DNA of 63,595 nt, the filler included, from Reticulomyxa filosa (taxonomy: Eukaryota > Protista > Foraminifera), in NCBI GenBank assembly GCA_000512085.1. It is 14 parts of 14 records of this genome, joined end to end, with 100 filler letters (N's around TTAATTAATTAA, not from the genome) between each part and the next. Parts side by side here need not be neighbours in the genome. Positions count along the whole stretch, not along the records: positions 38,683 to 40,317 come from ASPP01039585.1; positions 40,418 to 45,626 come from ASPP01000944.1; positions 45,727 to 54,393 come from ASPP01002767.1; 11 more parts are not named here. One strand, written 5' to 3'. Positions 38,700 to 50,863 of this stretch are shown in pieces. The position numbers were made by a program, and so were the translations under genes. Every line of letters begins with the position of its first letter. Within the stretch, counting starts at the first letter, position 1. The notes under the pieces were generated by a model that searched no databases, was not told where the DNA came from, and saw nothing but the letters and a program-made list of their open reading frames with translations.

Positions 38700-40317
38700 A
38701 ACGATCAACCAAAATAACAGCAACTCCTTTGGAGGTCTTGTGAATGTGCGCTTTGATTTCAATGATCACTGTTTCCGTCAAGTATTCCGCTATTTTATGA
38801 GGATTGACTGACTGGAGGGGGGAAGGGGAAATTGATATCATTGTCCCCTAGAGTTACCATTTTTTTTTTTAGCAGTGGTCTTGTCAATGGTAGACCCTTC
38901 CACGTTTCGGATCCGAGTGATTCGGTTTTTTTGGTAACCGAGCAATTTGTATCCACAGCAACTACGTTTATGAGATGAGATAGAGGGAGATAGTGAAAGA
39001 GAGGGATTCGACAGTTGACATAAAATGCTGTCCCTAGCATCGTCAGCACATTACCAATATCCAAATTTTTTTTCTTGATTTGATAAATAATGGAGCGACT
39101 TTTGAATCGTCGATCCAATTATCGACTGGCATGTTGTTGCTTTTTGCGACAAATGTGCAACAACATTAGCTTTTTCATGCACACCAAATCAAATCAAATT
39201 GTGGAATATAGCAATGGCACCCAAATATTGTCGAGCAAAACACCAGTCCAATGTATTGAAACAATTGACAAATAAGTGAACGATGACATGGACTTGCGTT
39301 TCGTCGTCATTACAAGCATCACCAGCGATGTACTTGACATTGTCACAATGTCAAAAAGCTTCCATTGTGAGCGCATTATATGAAATTAGTCCATGAATAA
39401 TAGTGCGCAAAGCCGCTATTCGTGGGTATGAAGAGCCATTTCATAACTAACGCAAAAAATGATAGACAGTTTTTTTTTTCTTTTTAAAATAAATCCAACG
39501 CTGTATTCTCGAAATCTTCTTTATATTCGTCATCATATCTTCCACTCTTCTTGTTTGCTAATGATATATGGCTTGAGTTTCCCACCAAATTGAGCAACGA
39601 TATCGGAAGGATAGTTCCATGTGTACTTATTTATATGTCCTACAATGTCCGCGTCCTCTTATTATTTTTCTTTCATTTCTTCTACCAAATCCAGTCGCTG
39701 CTGTTGTTGCAATGCCGCAATATCGATATCGTTTCTATTTTTGAGCGATATTATCACATCTTTTTTTTTTTTTTTTTCTTTCTTTTTGATAAGTTTGTCT
39801 TCGTTCGTAGTCGGACACCACCAAGATCCAGACAATCGGCGATTGAACTGGGACAATTTTTTTCAATGCCATTATATAATTGATATTTTCTAAAATACCA
39901 AATTTATTCGATCTTGTCACCATTGTAATGATAGACACACGTTTTGGCCTTGAACAATGGTCGTTGCTGGAATTCTCGCATTCATCACAAATGCGCTCGT
40001 TCAACAATTTTTGGATGGACGGTCAGATCCGAGAGAGAGTATCATTTGTACTTCCTTTTTTTGGACGTATTCGCTCTTGTTCTTCTCTCTCTCTCTCTCT
40101 TCCTTTCTTGATTGCAATCCAAACGCAAGGCACACAGCATTGAACATTGTTGATAAATGAAGAAAAAGATAGAGTTAGTTGTATCTTCCGACTCCATCGC
40201 TGCAAGAGTTTCGCGAGCTCACGATTCGAAATCCGAGTGCTCAATATCTACGTTAACAAAATTAGCACCATTTCCATAACGACCGAGTGTTCCTTGTTTG
40301 TTGGCGCCGGTAGATTA
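38700..40317 (-). pseudogene. Degenerate coding-like sequence of unknown family
   Basis: GC is higher than intergenic DNA. Minus frames read as protein-like text broken by isolated TGA/TAA codons (RIAALRTIIHGLISYNALTMEAF*HCDNV...; LDLVEEMKEK**EDADIVGHINKYTWNYP...). Strand and family are uncertain. Confidence 0.3.
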
Positions 40318-40417
40318 NNNNNNNNNNNNNNNNNNNNNNNNNNNNNNNNNNNNNNNNNNNNTTAATTAATTAANNNNNNNNNNNNNNNNNNNNNNNNNNN
40401 NNNNNNNNNNNNNNNNN
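40318..40417. other. Artificial contig spacer
   Basis: N44-TTAATTAATTAA-N44. Confidence 0.98.
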
Positions 40418-40429
40418 TGAAATCAACAT

Positions 40430-42146
40430 TCTTTCAAATAATTTTATCCAATAAAAAAAAAAGTTATTAAAAAACCAATTTCATATTTAAAAACTACAAG
40501 ATTTGTAGATATTTTTTTTAAAATAAAAAAAATTAGGTCTAAATGTTGATTTTTCATGGAGAAAATCAATTATCATCATATGATATCGTTAGACGTTCAG
40601 TTTTCTTTGCAACATACTGTACATCTTAAATTAATTTTGCTTTCATCACTTTTTCCAATTCAAATAGTTCATTAATTTTACTTCTTTGCAAAACCAAGTC
40701 ATGCTTTCTTATTTTTTTATTAAAAGGATTTTTCTTCAAAGTAATAGCATTAAAAAAGTTTTTCCGAAGCATCCTGGTTATTGCTGCACAAATAAAAGCA
40801 AAACCTTCTTTTTAAAGTCTTCTTTTCACTTCTTCAGCTGTAACACATTTAACAGTAACAACCAACAGCGTAATAAGAAGTTAAATTCGTTCTGGTACTT
40901 TTAACGAACCTAATTTTATCGGTTTCTTCTTGATTACTTTTTCAGTCTTGAATATAAGCTTACATTTACGCACATATTAATGACTTACACTAAATTTTTT
41001 TCAACTTTGCGCAAACGCCAGCACTGACTCAACAATAAGTCATTTATTAAAATTCTTAACTAATTTAGTCATTTTAAAAAATAAAAATAATTAAAAATCT
41101 CAAATATCGGACTATACTGAACTAAAAAAAAATAAAGGACAAAATATTAAAATAATTATGAAAGATTTAATAAAAATCCAAAATGATATTTAAAAACTAC
41201 AAGATTCGTAAATATTTTATTTTTAAAAAAATTAGATCTGGATGTCGTTTTTTCATGAAGGAAGTCAATTATCTCTATAAGGTACCGTTTTAGGTGTCAA
41301 ATTTACTTTGCATTATACTGTATTTGTAATTCAAAAGCTGTCAATTAAGATTACTTGATATACAGATTATGGTGAACGACATTAAATTATATCATGCAGA
41401 ACCTTCTTTTTTTTTGCCTTTTGTCAGTTGAACATTTTTATTCGTTTTAATATTTTGAAATAGATAAAACAAGTAAAGAATCAAAAGCTAAAATACAATT
41501 AGCGAAAAATATGTACTGACAACAATACCATCATTTTGACTGAATAAAGCTTCATCATTAATTAACATACGATTTGAATAAATTGTAGATACAATGCGTT
41601 TGCAGTGAGATATATATCACTTTAAAAATTTTACTTATCTTATTAAATAATTTATTATATTTTTAAATATAAATTGGTATCATAATAACTTTTTATATGT
41701 TGGTCAAAAACATCGTTTTTTCACGTGATTTTTCAAAATTTCGTAGTAATGCAAATAATAAACATGTATCTGCAAGATGAAATTTTTAAATCTTTTTTGT
41801 TGATCTTTTGATTTTGACATTATCTTTTAAGTTTGGTTTGGTAATTTTTGAAGATATTTATTTCAATCACTTATACAATTTTATCTTTGTTTCATCTAAA
41901 AAATATCATTTTTACAATAATTTACGATCTGATCTTTGTGCCTTTTTTAAATTCAAAGTTAACATTAATATAATTATCTTTTAATTTTCGCTTTCTTAGC
42001 CTGCAATAAAACAATTTCAAAGAGCCAAACTTTAAATGACAACAAAAATTTTAAAAAATTAGTGTTAAATGTTTTTTCCACGAAGAAAATCGATTCTCTT
42101 CATAGGAATGCCATTTAGGTTGGCAGTTTTTTTGCAATTTACTGTA
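40430..42146. mobile_element. Cluster of three MITE-like element ends (same family as 21073-21869)
   Basis: Three similar right ends terminate TTGCA-N2-3-TACTG|TA at 40619, 41320 and 42144. Confidence 0.6.
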
Positions 42147-42397
42147 ATTTAATTTATTATATTATATTTTAAAAGCATGTCTTCTCTAATGAGTAGCGTA
42201 TTCTAACAATCATTGAGATTGAAAGTATTATGAAGAATATCTTACTTTCAATTGCTTTACTTGTATACCCAATTTAGTTTACCAAATTGAAAATGCCAAC
42301 TGTTTCTTTTTAATAAGGAACAAGCGAACAATAATCATTTGTGCTTCTTTTCAGCTCAACCTGTAGTTTTAAAGGGGCATGTTGCAAAAAAACATTT

Positions 42398-43459
42398 ATG
42401 AACATGCAAAGATTACTGAATATTTCAAGAAATTTACAAAAGACACAACATCAATGTCTCTTTCTTAGCAGATATGTATTAAGTACAAAAAATCCAGGTG
42501 GGCCTTCGCAACAGGATTTTGACTTTGAAGGGCAATCAGAATTGTATCGAATGTACCGACCTCGATACCCGGTGACATTGTTACAACATTTAGCCTTTAC
42601 GTTAGAATCAAACGGTTTTCCTTCAGAAAAACGAGACCTGGCTGTAGACATAGCGTGTGGCTCAGGTCAGGTTACATGTTCGTTGGCGCGGTCATGGAAA
42701 GATGCATACACAAGCAAAGTGACCAAGGAGCAATATGGATTGAATTTTAAAAAAGTGATTGGAATTGATGAATCCACCAAGCAATTGGAAGAAGCAACGC
42801 AAATGGACAATATTGAATACCGTTGTGAAAACGCGTATAACATGCCATTTCAAGAAAATTCAGTTCAACTTGTCACGATTGCACAAGTTACGTAAAATGT
42901 ATAGATATACAACGCACAGTTATGCGTAGTGCACAAACATACAACAAAATAGGGACTGCATTGGTTTGATCACAATAAATTAATGCAACAAATCCATCGA
43001 ATTTTAGTAAAAAATGGTATTTGTGCAGTGTTGGGATACAGCACGCCGGTATTTTTGCGTTATGACAAGTATTTCCATCCCGCGTTTAAAACCTACTACG
43101 AAGAGACCCTAGGCAGTATACATCCTCCATCTGACAAACGTTGCTATTGGAACATTGACCGAAGGTTGTTGGATCATCAATATCAACAACTTTCTTTTGA
43201 TCCTCCTTTTGACAAAAAAAAAATGGATCGGGGCATGTTCTATGAACACGTTCATATGAATGAACATCAGTTGTTTGGCTACTTTTTAACGTGGAGTGGA
43301 TATCGACAATATATGAAGAAACACAATATCGCCATTGGTGATAAAGAAAAAGATCCCTTAAATTCTTTGCGATCCGCTTTTAAAAAAGAATTAGCTGCAA
43401 GAAGTGATACCACTATGCTTGTCACTATCCCTTTCTTTTTAATCACTTTTGTAAAATAA
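42398..43459 (+). CDS. Class I SAM-dependent methyltransferase (Methyltransf_11; Tmt1/Crg1-like), intron 42887-42952
   Basis: YRMYRPRYP, motif I AVDIACGSGQ, VIGIDESTKQL and SVQLVTIAQ|GLHWFD..IHRILVKNG. The basic, acid-free N-terminus resembles a mitochondrial presequence. Confidence 0.92.
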
Positions 43460-43949
43460 TGTTCATACTGTCACAGCTATTCAAGATAATGGAAAAAACA
43501 ATTTTTTAAAGTGATCACGTGGTCTTTTTTTATTAGACTCTTTTGTGTTTCATTCGCTATTCGTTCAAAATATCCTTTTGTTTTTTTTCATTGGTAGATA
43601 CAATACTTCATTTGTTGATTCTATAATTTTTTTTAGCCGAAATTTAAATTTTATACTGGTATTATAAATAAAAACAAAAAGCAAAAGATCAACAAAAATT
43701 TCTCAAGCTCCAAAAATTGTAATGTGAGATCACAATTTGTTTATTCAGTGGGTCGTCAGTGAGGATTGCAGTAGAGTTGATCAACTGAATCATCTAAGTC
43801 CTTGTTTTCGAAGTGCTGAAATTAATAGAATGAAATTCAATATACTTCTTTCAACAATTAAAGAAAAAAGTTTAATGCTTATCATAATAAAAAAAAAGTA
43901 AAGTTGTTGAATTAACTTTTGTCTTATTCAATATCAAATTAGCTGATTT

Positions 43950-45000
43950 TTGTTTGCCATTTTTGCTTGTTTATAGTTCTGTTTGGCCTCTTGTTTCATT
44001 GAAGCTTCGTTTGGATCGATGAATAGTTGACATATACATGATATTTTTAACTAGTTGAGTATTGTCTGCAACGCTTTTGCGAACTTTGCTTAGCGAAATC
44101 GTTGAAAATTTTTGAATAGCTTCTTCAAAATTCTTTCAGATATGCCAGAAGTTGCTGTATCTGGTTGTTAATGTCTTTAATATCATTCAAATAAAACTTT
44201 TTTAGTAAAGTTGTATTTATGATGAACGATATTCGATAGAACTGCATAGCCGTTTAGCATAAATAAATCAAGTCTAAAATATCATTTCAAACAAAGCAGA
44301 AAAAATACATTTCAACACTATATTAACTTTTGCCAAAAAAGTTTTGAAGTTGCAAGATAATTCGACATTTAAGTGTTTTTGAAAGTATCAAAAAATTTCG
44401 AAAGACAGCACGTGAACGAACGAACAATAGATCTCAAATTGAGTCTTTGCCTGTAATCTTGTAGAAAAATTTGAACTTAGATCTTTCAATGATTTCCACA
44501 TTGGTGCAATGCATGTTCAATTTTGTAAGTATTTCTTTGAATATTAGTACGTCGTTAGCTCTGATTGTATAGCAATCTGCTGATTGTAATATTTGTAATC
44601 TTTGGGAATATATTCTTTCCAAAGGGTATTATTTTCACAAATGTCTTTACAGCTTTGATCGATTAGTGACACCAAAAATGACATTATTTTTCGTAGATGA
44701 TCTTGAAGTATTAATCTATACAGTCTTTGGGTCAAAAAATTCCTTTTCATGTGTTAATTTCTCTTCGAAAAGGTTTTGAGATTGTTGTTCTTTTGTTTCT
44801 TTTTTTATGTTATTAGTCGCGTGGGTGAAACTAATATGCAGCTTCGTATATTTTTTCACTTGCTTAGCTTGATCCACACACTTATAATGCATGTAGATGA
44901 TCTTCATTCGCCGCTCTGCGTGTCTTCTTCAGGACAAATCCTTTTCACAAAATATATTCCAATAGGTATTCACTTAAAGCTTGTCAGATCATCATGATAA
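43950..45000 (-). pseudogene. Possible degenerate gene fragments
   Basis: Overlapping short minus ORFs (44434-44907) in shifting frames. No motif recognised. Confidence 0.2.
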
Positions 45001-45359
45001 TCTAATAAGCATTTTTTTTAGATTAGCGATCATATGTGGACTTATGAATATAAAAAAAAGTACAAATGCTCAATATAATTTTTTTTAAGATGGGAATGTT
45101 GTGATATTGAAATTCCAAAAAGAAAAGAAGAAAAGACAAAAGAGGAAAAAACATCATACGAGATGTTACTAAAATACTACGAACAGGCGATCTGTAGATC
45201 ATATGTGCATGGGATTAGTGTGGGAGAAAAATAACATCTAATCAACAATAATCACGTAGTATTTCCTTCTATTTTTTATAAAAGAATAACATACATTGAC
45301 TTTTGTGAAAAAAAACCATTCATCATCGAGATAAACTTTTGAAAAAAAAGTTGTATTTT

Positions 45360-45623
45360 GAAGGAAGCAAAGAACAACTAGAGGTGCACGAACGCAGATA
45401 TGTTTGCAGAGTGATTACAGGTAAAGTGGGATTAAAAAAAGAAGAAACTGTGGAACATTTCCTGATGGAATGTCCACATTAAGAATTTGTTGCCGCATTT
45501 TCAATTCAACACATTGAACATGAGAAGTTTGGTGATTGGAGACAAGATACTGGAACCCGAAATAAGAACAAAATTGTCAAAGAGCTTGTGAAGTTCATCG
45601 TGGCAACTGTAAGAATTATTTAA
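45360..45623 (+). mobile_element. 3' relic of a non-LTR retrotransposon ORF2
   Basis: ERRYVCRVITGKVGL..EETVEHFLMECP ... VKFIVATVR resembles the LINE C-terminal R.RTGH..L...ETVEHFL..CP zinc-knuckle tail. The CxxC part is deleted and the frame is broken. Confidence 0.6.
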
Positions 45624-45626
45624 GAT

Positions 45627-45726
45627 NNNNNNNNNNNNNNNNNNNNNNNNNNNNNNNNNNNNNNNNNNNNTTAATTAATTAANNNNNNNNNNNNNNNNNN
45701 NNNNNNNNNNNNNNNNNNNNNNNNNN
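45627..45726. other. Artificial contig spacer
   Basis: N44-TTAATTAATTAA-N44. Confidence 0.98.
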
Positions 45727-48700
45727 TTATTTTATGAACATACTCGAGCATGGAAACCTAATAATCAATCCGAAGAGGAATTAAAACAAGCAAGTGATGA
45801 AACATTGACAAAGATCAATGACATAATTTGTGAATGGATTGATGCAAAAGAAATCAAAAAAATTGCAAATCGATATAAACCACATTCAGAAATTCGAATA
45901 TTAAAACCTTCTCAATTGAAAGGAATAAATGAAGAAGAAATTAATTCCAAAAATGATGTCACATTAAAATTGATCAAATTTGTATATGATCAACTTTGTA
46001 AATTCAATCCAAAGGAGATTAAGGGCAAAGCTATTTATGTAATTTTATTTGAATATTTCAAGAAATACATTATGGGTGAAATAAATCCAGCAAGCTGTGC
46101 TGATATTGTATCAATATTAAAAGAGTCAAGAAGACAAGAATTGGAAGAAGATACAACAATGTCACAGGCTCTTGAAACATATATTCCATTGCAAGCAAAC
46201 AATTATTCGTACGTTGACAGTGATGATAACAAAAACAATGACGCATATGATTGTTATCAACACATCATTGATATATTGATAGAAAAAAAAGAAAAAGAAG
46301 AAAAAAAAGACGGGCAACTAAATCAATTAGTGTTACAAGGAAAATCAGGATCAGGAAAAAGTTTATTCTGTCGTCATTTAGAAGAAATGTTGTGGGAATC
46401 ATATGTTAATGATCTCACAAAATTCGTTCCGGTATATATCTCATTATCAAAATGTTATAATGAATTAAATGAAAAGCAAATCATCTCACAAGCTTTACAA
46501 ATGAAACAAATAAACAAAGGGATAATTGATGTTATTCGTGAAAATATTTCATTTGTATTTATTTTAGATGGATTTGATGAAATATTTGACAAATATGATA
46601 ACAATAAAAATAATAATAATGAAAGATATTTTTATGATCGATTCAACTTAAATGAATGGAATGCAAAAATAATAGTAACATGTAGAAGTCATGTATTAAA
46701 TGATGAAAATATTAAAAATGTTTTAATTGGATCAAAAAACATAACAACAACATCAACATCAATAATGCACTTATGGCCTTTTTCAAAGGAACAAATGCAT
46801 GGATATATTGACAAATTTGTAAGAATGAATAAAAAAAATAAAATGAATGATAATTTGGATTGGACAGTACAACAATATGAAGAAACGTTGAAAAATTATC
46901 CAAATTTAAATAAAATGATGGAAGAACCATTCTTACTTCGAATGACATTAACTGTATTACCATTACTAATGAAACAGGGTTCTATTGGAACTAAAATATC
47001 AAAATCACAAGTATACGAAGCATTCAATGAACAATGGATTGATATCCATGTTAAAAACATCTCAAATAAATTATCAGAATTAAGAATTCAAGCAAATCCC
47101 AAAAAAATTAAATTTGCATTTCAACAATATTGTCAAGACTTAGCGTTTGAAATGTTTGTTCAAAGAAATCAAGTTGCGACAGAAACTGACTATAAAGAAT
47201 ATGAAAATGATAATACTTGGGGAATACTAGATCCAACAATGGAAATGGAAATTAAACATATGGATGAAAAATCAGAACTAAAAATAGGCAATACAAGAAC
47301 ATCAATAGTAAAAATGCAAGATATTTGGAGACAATATTTTAATGGTGATAGTATTGCCAAATATGTATTAAGGAGAGTTGGTGACAATAAATATCAATTT
47401 TTACATAAATCGTGCCAAGAATATTATGCCGCACAAAAAATCATATTTGATATTATTTCATGGAAACCCAATATTGTCACTGTTGATAATCAACAATTTC
47501 AACAGCAATTTGAGCAACGTGTTCCAAATTTGTCTATCAATTGTAAATTATTAAATGAAGAATTAGGAATTATCCAATTTATTGCAGAGAGAATTCATGA
47601 CAATAATCCAATATTTGTAAATTTAAAATCGAGATTGTTTCGAATTATTGAATTATCAAAAGATAATGAAAATGTTAGTATTGCAGCAGCAAATGCAGCC
47701 ACTATACTCAATTCAGCTAATATAAATATGAATTACCAAAACTGGAACAATATAAAAATTCCTTATGCAATTTTAGACACGCATTCCTTGAGGGAACTAA
47801 TTTTACAAACGCAAATTTGGATAATGTGCGTTTTTACCAAGCCTGCTTAACCAAGGTTAATTTCACAAATGCATCAATGAATGACATTTACTTTGGAGAA
47901 TATGCGTATTTGGAAGGGCATTCAAAGAGAATAAGTGGCATTCAATTTTCGCCAGATGGAACAAAAATAGTATCTTATTCACATGATCATACTATTCGAA
48001 TATGGGATACATTATCACAAAAACAACTTCATGTATTGAAAGGACATTCAGATGCAATAATAACAGTACGATTTTTACATGATAGTTCCAAAATTATGTC
48101 ATGTTCATGGGATAAAACTATTCGTACGTGGGATGTATTATCAGGCCAGCAATTAAACTATTGAAAGGAAATGTATCAGGTATGGTTTCAGCAGTATTTT
48201 CACCAGATGACTCCAAAATTGCTGTATATTCAAAAAAAACTGCCCAAGTGTTGGATACATCATCTGGAGAACAACTTCAATTATTAGAAGGACATTCTGA
48301 TACTATTTTTTCAGTGCAATTTTCATCAGATTCTTCCAAAATTGTATCAAGTTCAGCAGACAAAAGTATACGAATATGGGATATACTTTCTGGGAAACAG
48401 CTTCTATTATTAGAAGGACATTTAGATTATGTAAATAAAGTACAATTTATATCCAATGGATCAAAAGTTATATCATGTTCAAGAGACAAAACTATTCGAA
48501 TATGGGATATATTATCGGGTCAGCAAATTCAAATATTGGAAGGACATAAAGGCCCTGTATCTGGAATTCAATTATCACCAGATGGTTCAAAGATATTATC
48601 ATATTCAGGAGATTGCACTCTTCGATTATGGGATCAATTTTCTGGAAAACAAATTCACGTATTTGAAGGACATTCACGTTGGATAGAAAAAGCACGGTTT

Positions 48701-50080
48701 TCATCAGATGGTTCCAGAATTGTATCTAGTTCAAATGATAATACAACTCGATTATGGGATGTTTCATCAGGAAAGCAAATACAATTATTAGAAGAAGAGT
48801 CATCTGGTGCAGAATTTTTTCCAAAGGAGTCTAAAATTTTGTCATATTCATTAAATGGAACTATTCGAATATGGGATGTAGCAGTAGAAAGAAAAATTTA
48901 TCTAATAGAAGGATATTTAGATGCAATAACAGGATTACAATTTTCTCCTGATAATTCTAAAATTGTGTCATGTTCAAAGGATAAAACAATTCGATTGTGG
49001 GATGTACAATCAAGAAGACAGATTCAAGTTTTTGAAGGTCATTCAGATCATGTATTTGAAGTACTCTTTTCATCAGACGGCTCCAAAATTGTATCATATT
49101 CAAATGATAACACAATCCGAATATGGGATGTATCATCAGGAAAGCAGCTTCAGTTATTGGAGGGACACTCAGATTTTGTATGGAAAGTGCAATTTTCACC
49201 AGATAGTTCCAAACTTGTGTCATGTTCATCAGATAAAACCATTCGAATATGGGATATATCCTCAGGAAGACAAATCCAATTATTAATCGGACATTCTTCG
49301 ACTGTAACTGGAGTACAATTTTCACCGGATGGATCCAAAATTGTGTCTCGCTCTTGGGATAAAACAGTTCGATTGTGGGATGTGTTATCTGGAAAACAGC
49401 TTCAAGTATTCGAAGGACACTCAAAAGATGTAATGGGAGTAGAGTTTTCACCAGATGGATCTAAAATTGTATCATGCTCATGGGATAAAACAGTTCGAGT
49501 GTGGGATATATTATCTGGAAATCAACATTTACTATTAGAAGGACATAAAGAGGAAGTAAAAGATGTACAATTTTCTCCAGATGGTTCTAAAATCATATCA
49601 TGTTCAGGTGACAAAACAATTCGATTGTGGAATTTATTAAATGGAAAGCAGATATATATGTTTGAAGGACATGCTGACGAGGTAGTGAAAGCACAATTTT
49701 CATCAGATGGCTCTAAAATTTTCTCATATTCAAGAGATAATACTATTCGAATATGGAATGCGTCTTCAGGAAGACAAATTCAATTATTGGAAGGTCACAC
49801 CGAGTACATTGATGGCATTCGCTTATCATCTGATGGCTTAAAATTAGCGTCATATTCACGGGATAAAACAATTAGATTATGGGGTTGTGATAATTGTAAA
49901 ATTATGGATGTAACAGAAACAAGTTTGGTAAAATGTGTTTGGAGAGTGGGTATTCAAAGCAGTTTATTAATAAAAGACAGTATTTGGAAGGACACAAGAG
50001 GCTTGAAAGATGAACAAAAATTATTTGTGAAACAACGTGGTGGACTATTTCCATCTTTTTTTAGCTTTTTACATGTGTGA
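45727..50080 (+). CDS. STAND NTPase: NACHT + pentapeptide repeats + about 16 WD40 repeats; two single-base frameshifts (~47779, ~48155); 5' end off-contig
   Basis: Walker A LQGKSGSGKS, Walker B FILDGFDEI, sensor IIVTCRS, PFLL, winged-helix FLHKSCQEYYAA and AAANAATILN. Pentapeptides (AILD-HAFLE-GTNFT-NANLD..ACLTK-VNFTN-ASMND) precede 126-nt GH...FSPDGSKIVS.S.DKTIRIWD units. Confidence 0.92.
47910..49890 (+). repeat. Tandem 126-bp WD40-coding repeat array (about 16 units)
   Basis: Recurrent GAAGGACATTC..TTTTCACCAGATGG..AAAATTGT..ATTCGAATATGGGAT units. Confidence 0.9.
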
Positions 50081-50863
50081 ATAAAATTCATTTTTAGTAT
50101 TCTTGTTAAATACATCTACTCTCATGAGAAAGATAAAATCTTTTCAGATTTGGAAATTTTTTTGACAAAATATTAATAAAATATTTTCAAATAAAACATA
50201 CATATACCACATCGAAAGGAATTAATTTGGGAATTCAAAGAGTGTTTTTAAAAAATTAAAAATGCCATTAAGAAATTCATCATTCGATGTATTGATTTCA
50301 TTCCAATTACATTATTTGTTAATACTTGAGTCCAATATTTAATAATTATTTTAACTTTTTCTTCTTCTGATAAATTTATCTTAAATCACACACAATTAAA
50401 TCTTAAAATTAGTTTTTTGGAGGATATGTTGAAATGAAACCTACCACGCGTTGTGCTGAAGATGCTTTTCTATTTATATTGCCTATTTTTCAACTTCTGT
50501 TGTTCTCTTTGGATTTCTCTTTGATGATAATGATGTAAGACCAAAAACTTGAACTTTTTAGTCCACAAGGACTATTAAATAACTTTGATTTTTTAATAAA
50601 AGAAAAAAAAATTTGTGCTTGAATCCATTTCCATATTTCAAAAACAAAAACTTTTGAATGAAACGAAACATAATCCATAATAATTAGATATCAATTACAA
50701 TTATTTTGTATCATTAAAAGAATACATTGCAAAAAAAAATAAATCCTGTAACATTCTGCATCAAGCTTTGTTTGAATAATTTCTTATTTTTTTCAAAAGG
50801 TCTTGTCACGTCCCCTCTTTAAAAAAAGTTAAAAACTATTTAAAAAAATCCAGTGACATTAAC

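Noticed and set aside
47770-48165. Programmed ribosomal frameshifting in the NACHT-WD40 gene
   Set aside because: The breaks are single-base losses in short runs (CC>C, AAAA>AAA), like those in many other genes here. Sequencing error or pseudogenisation is simpler.
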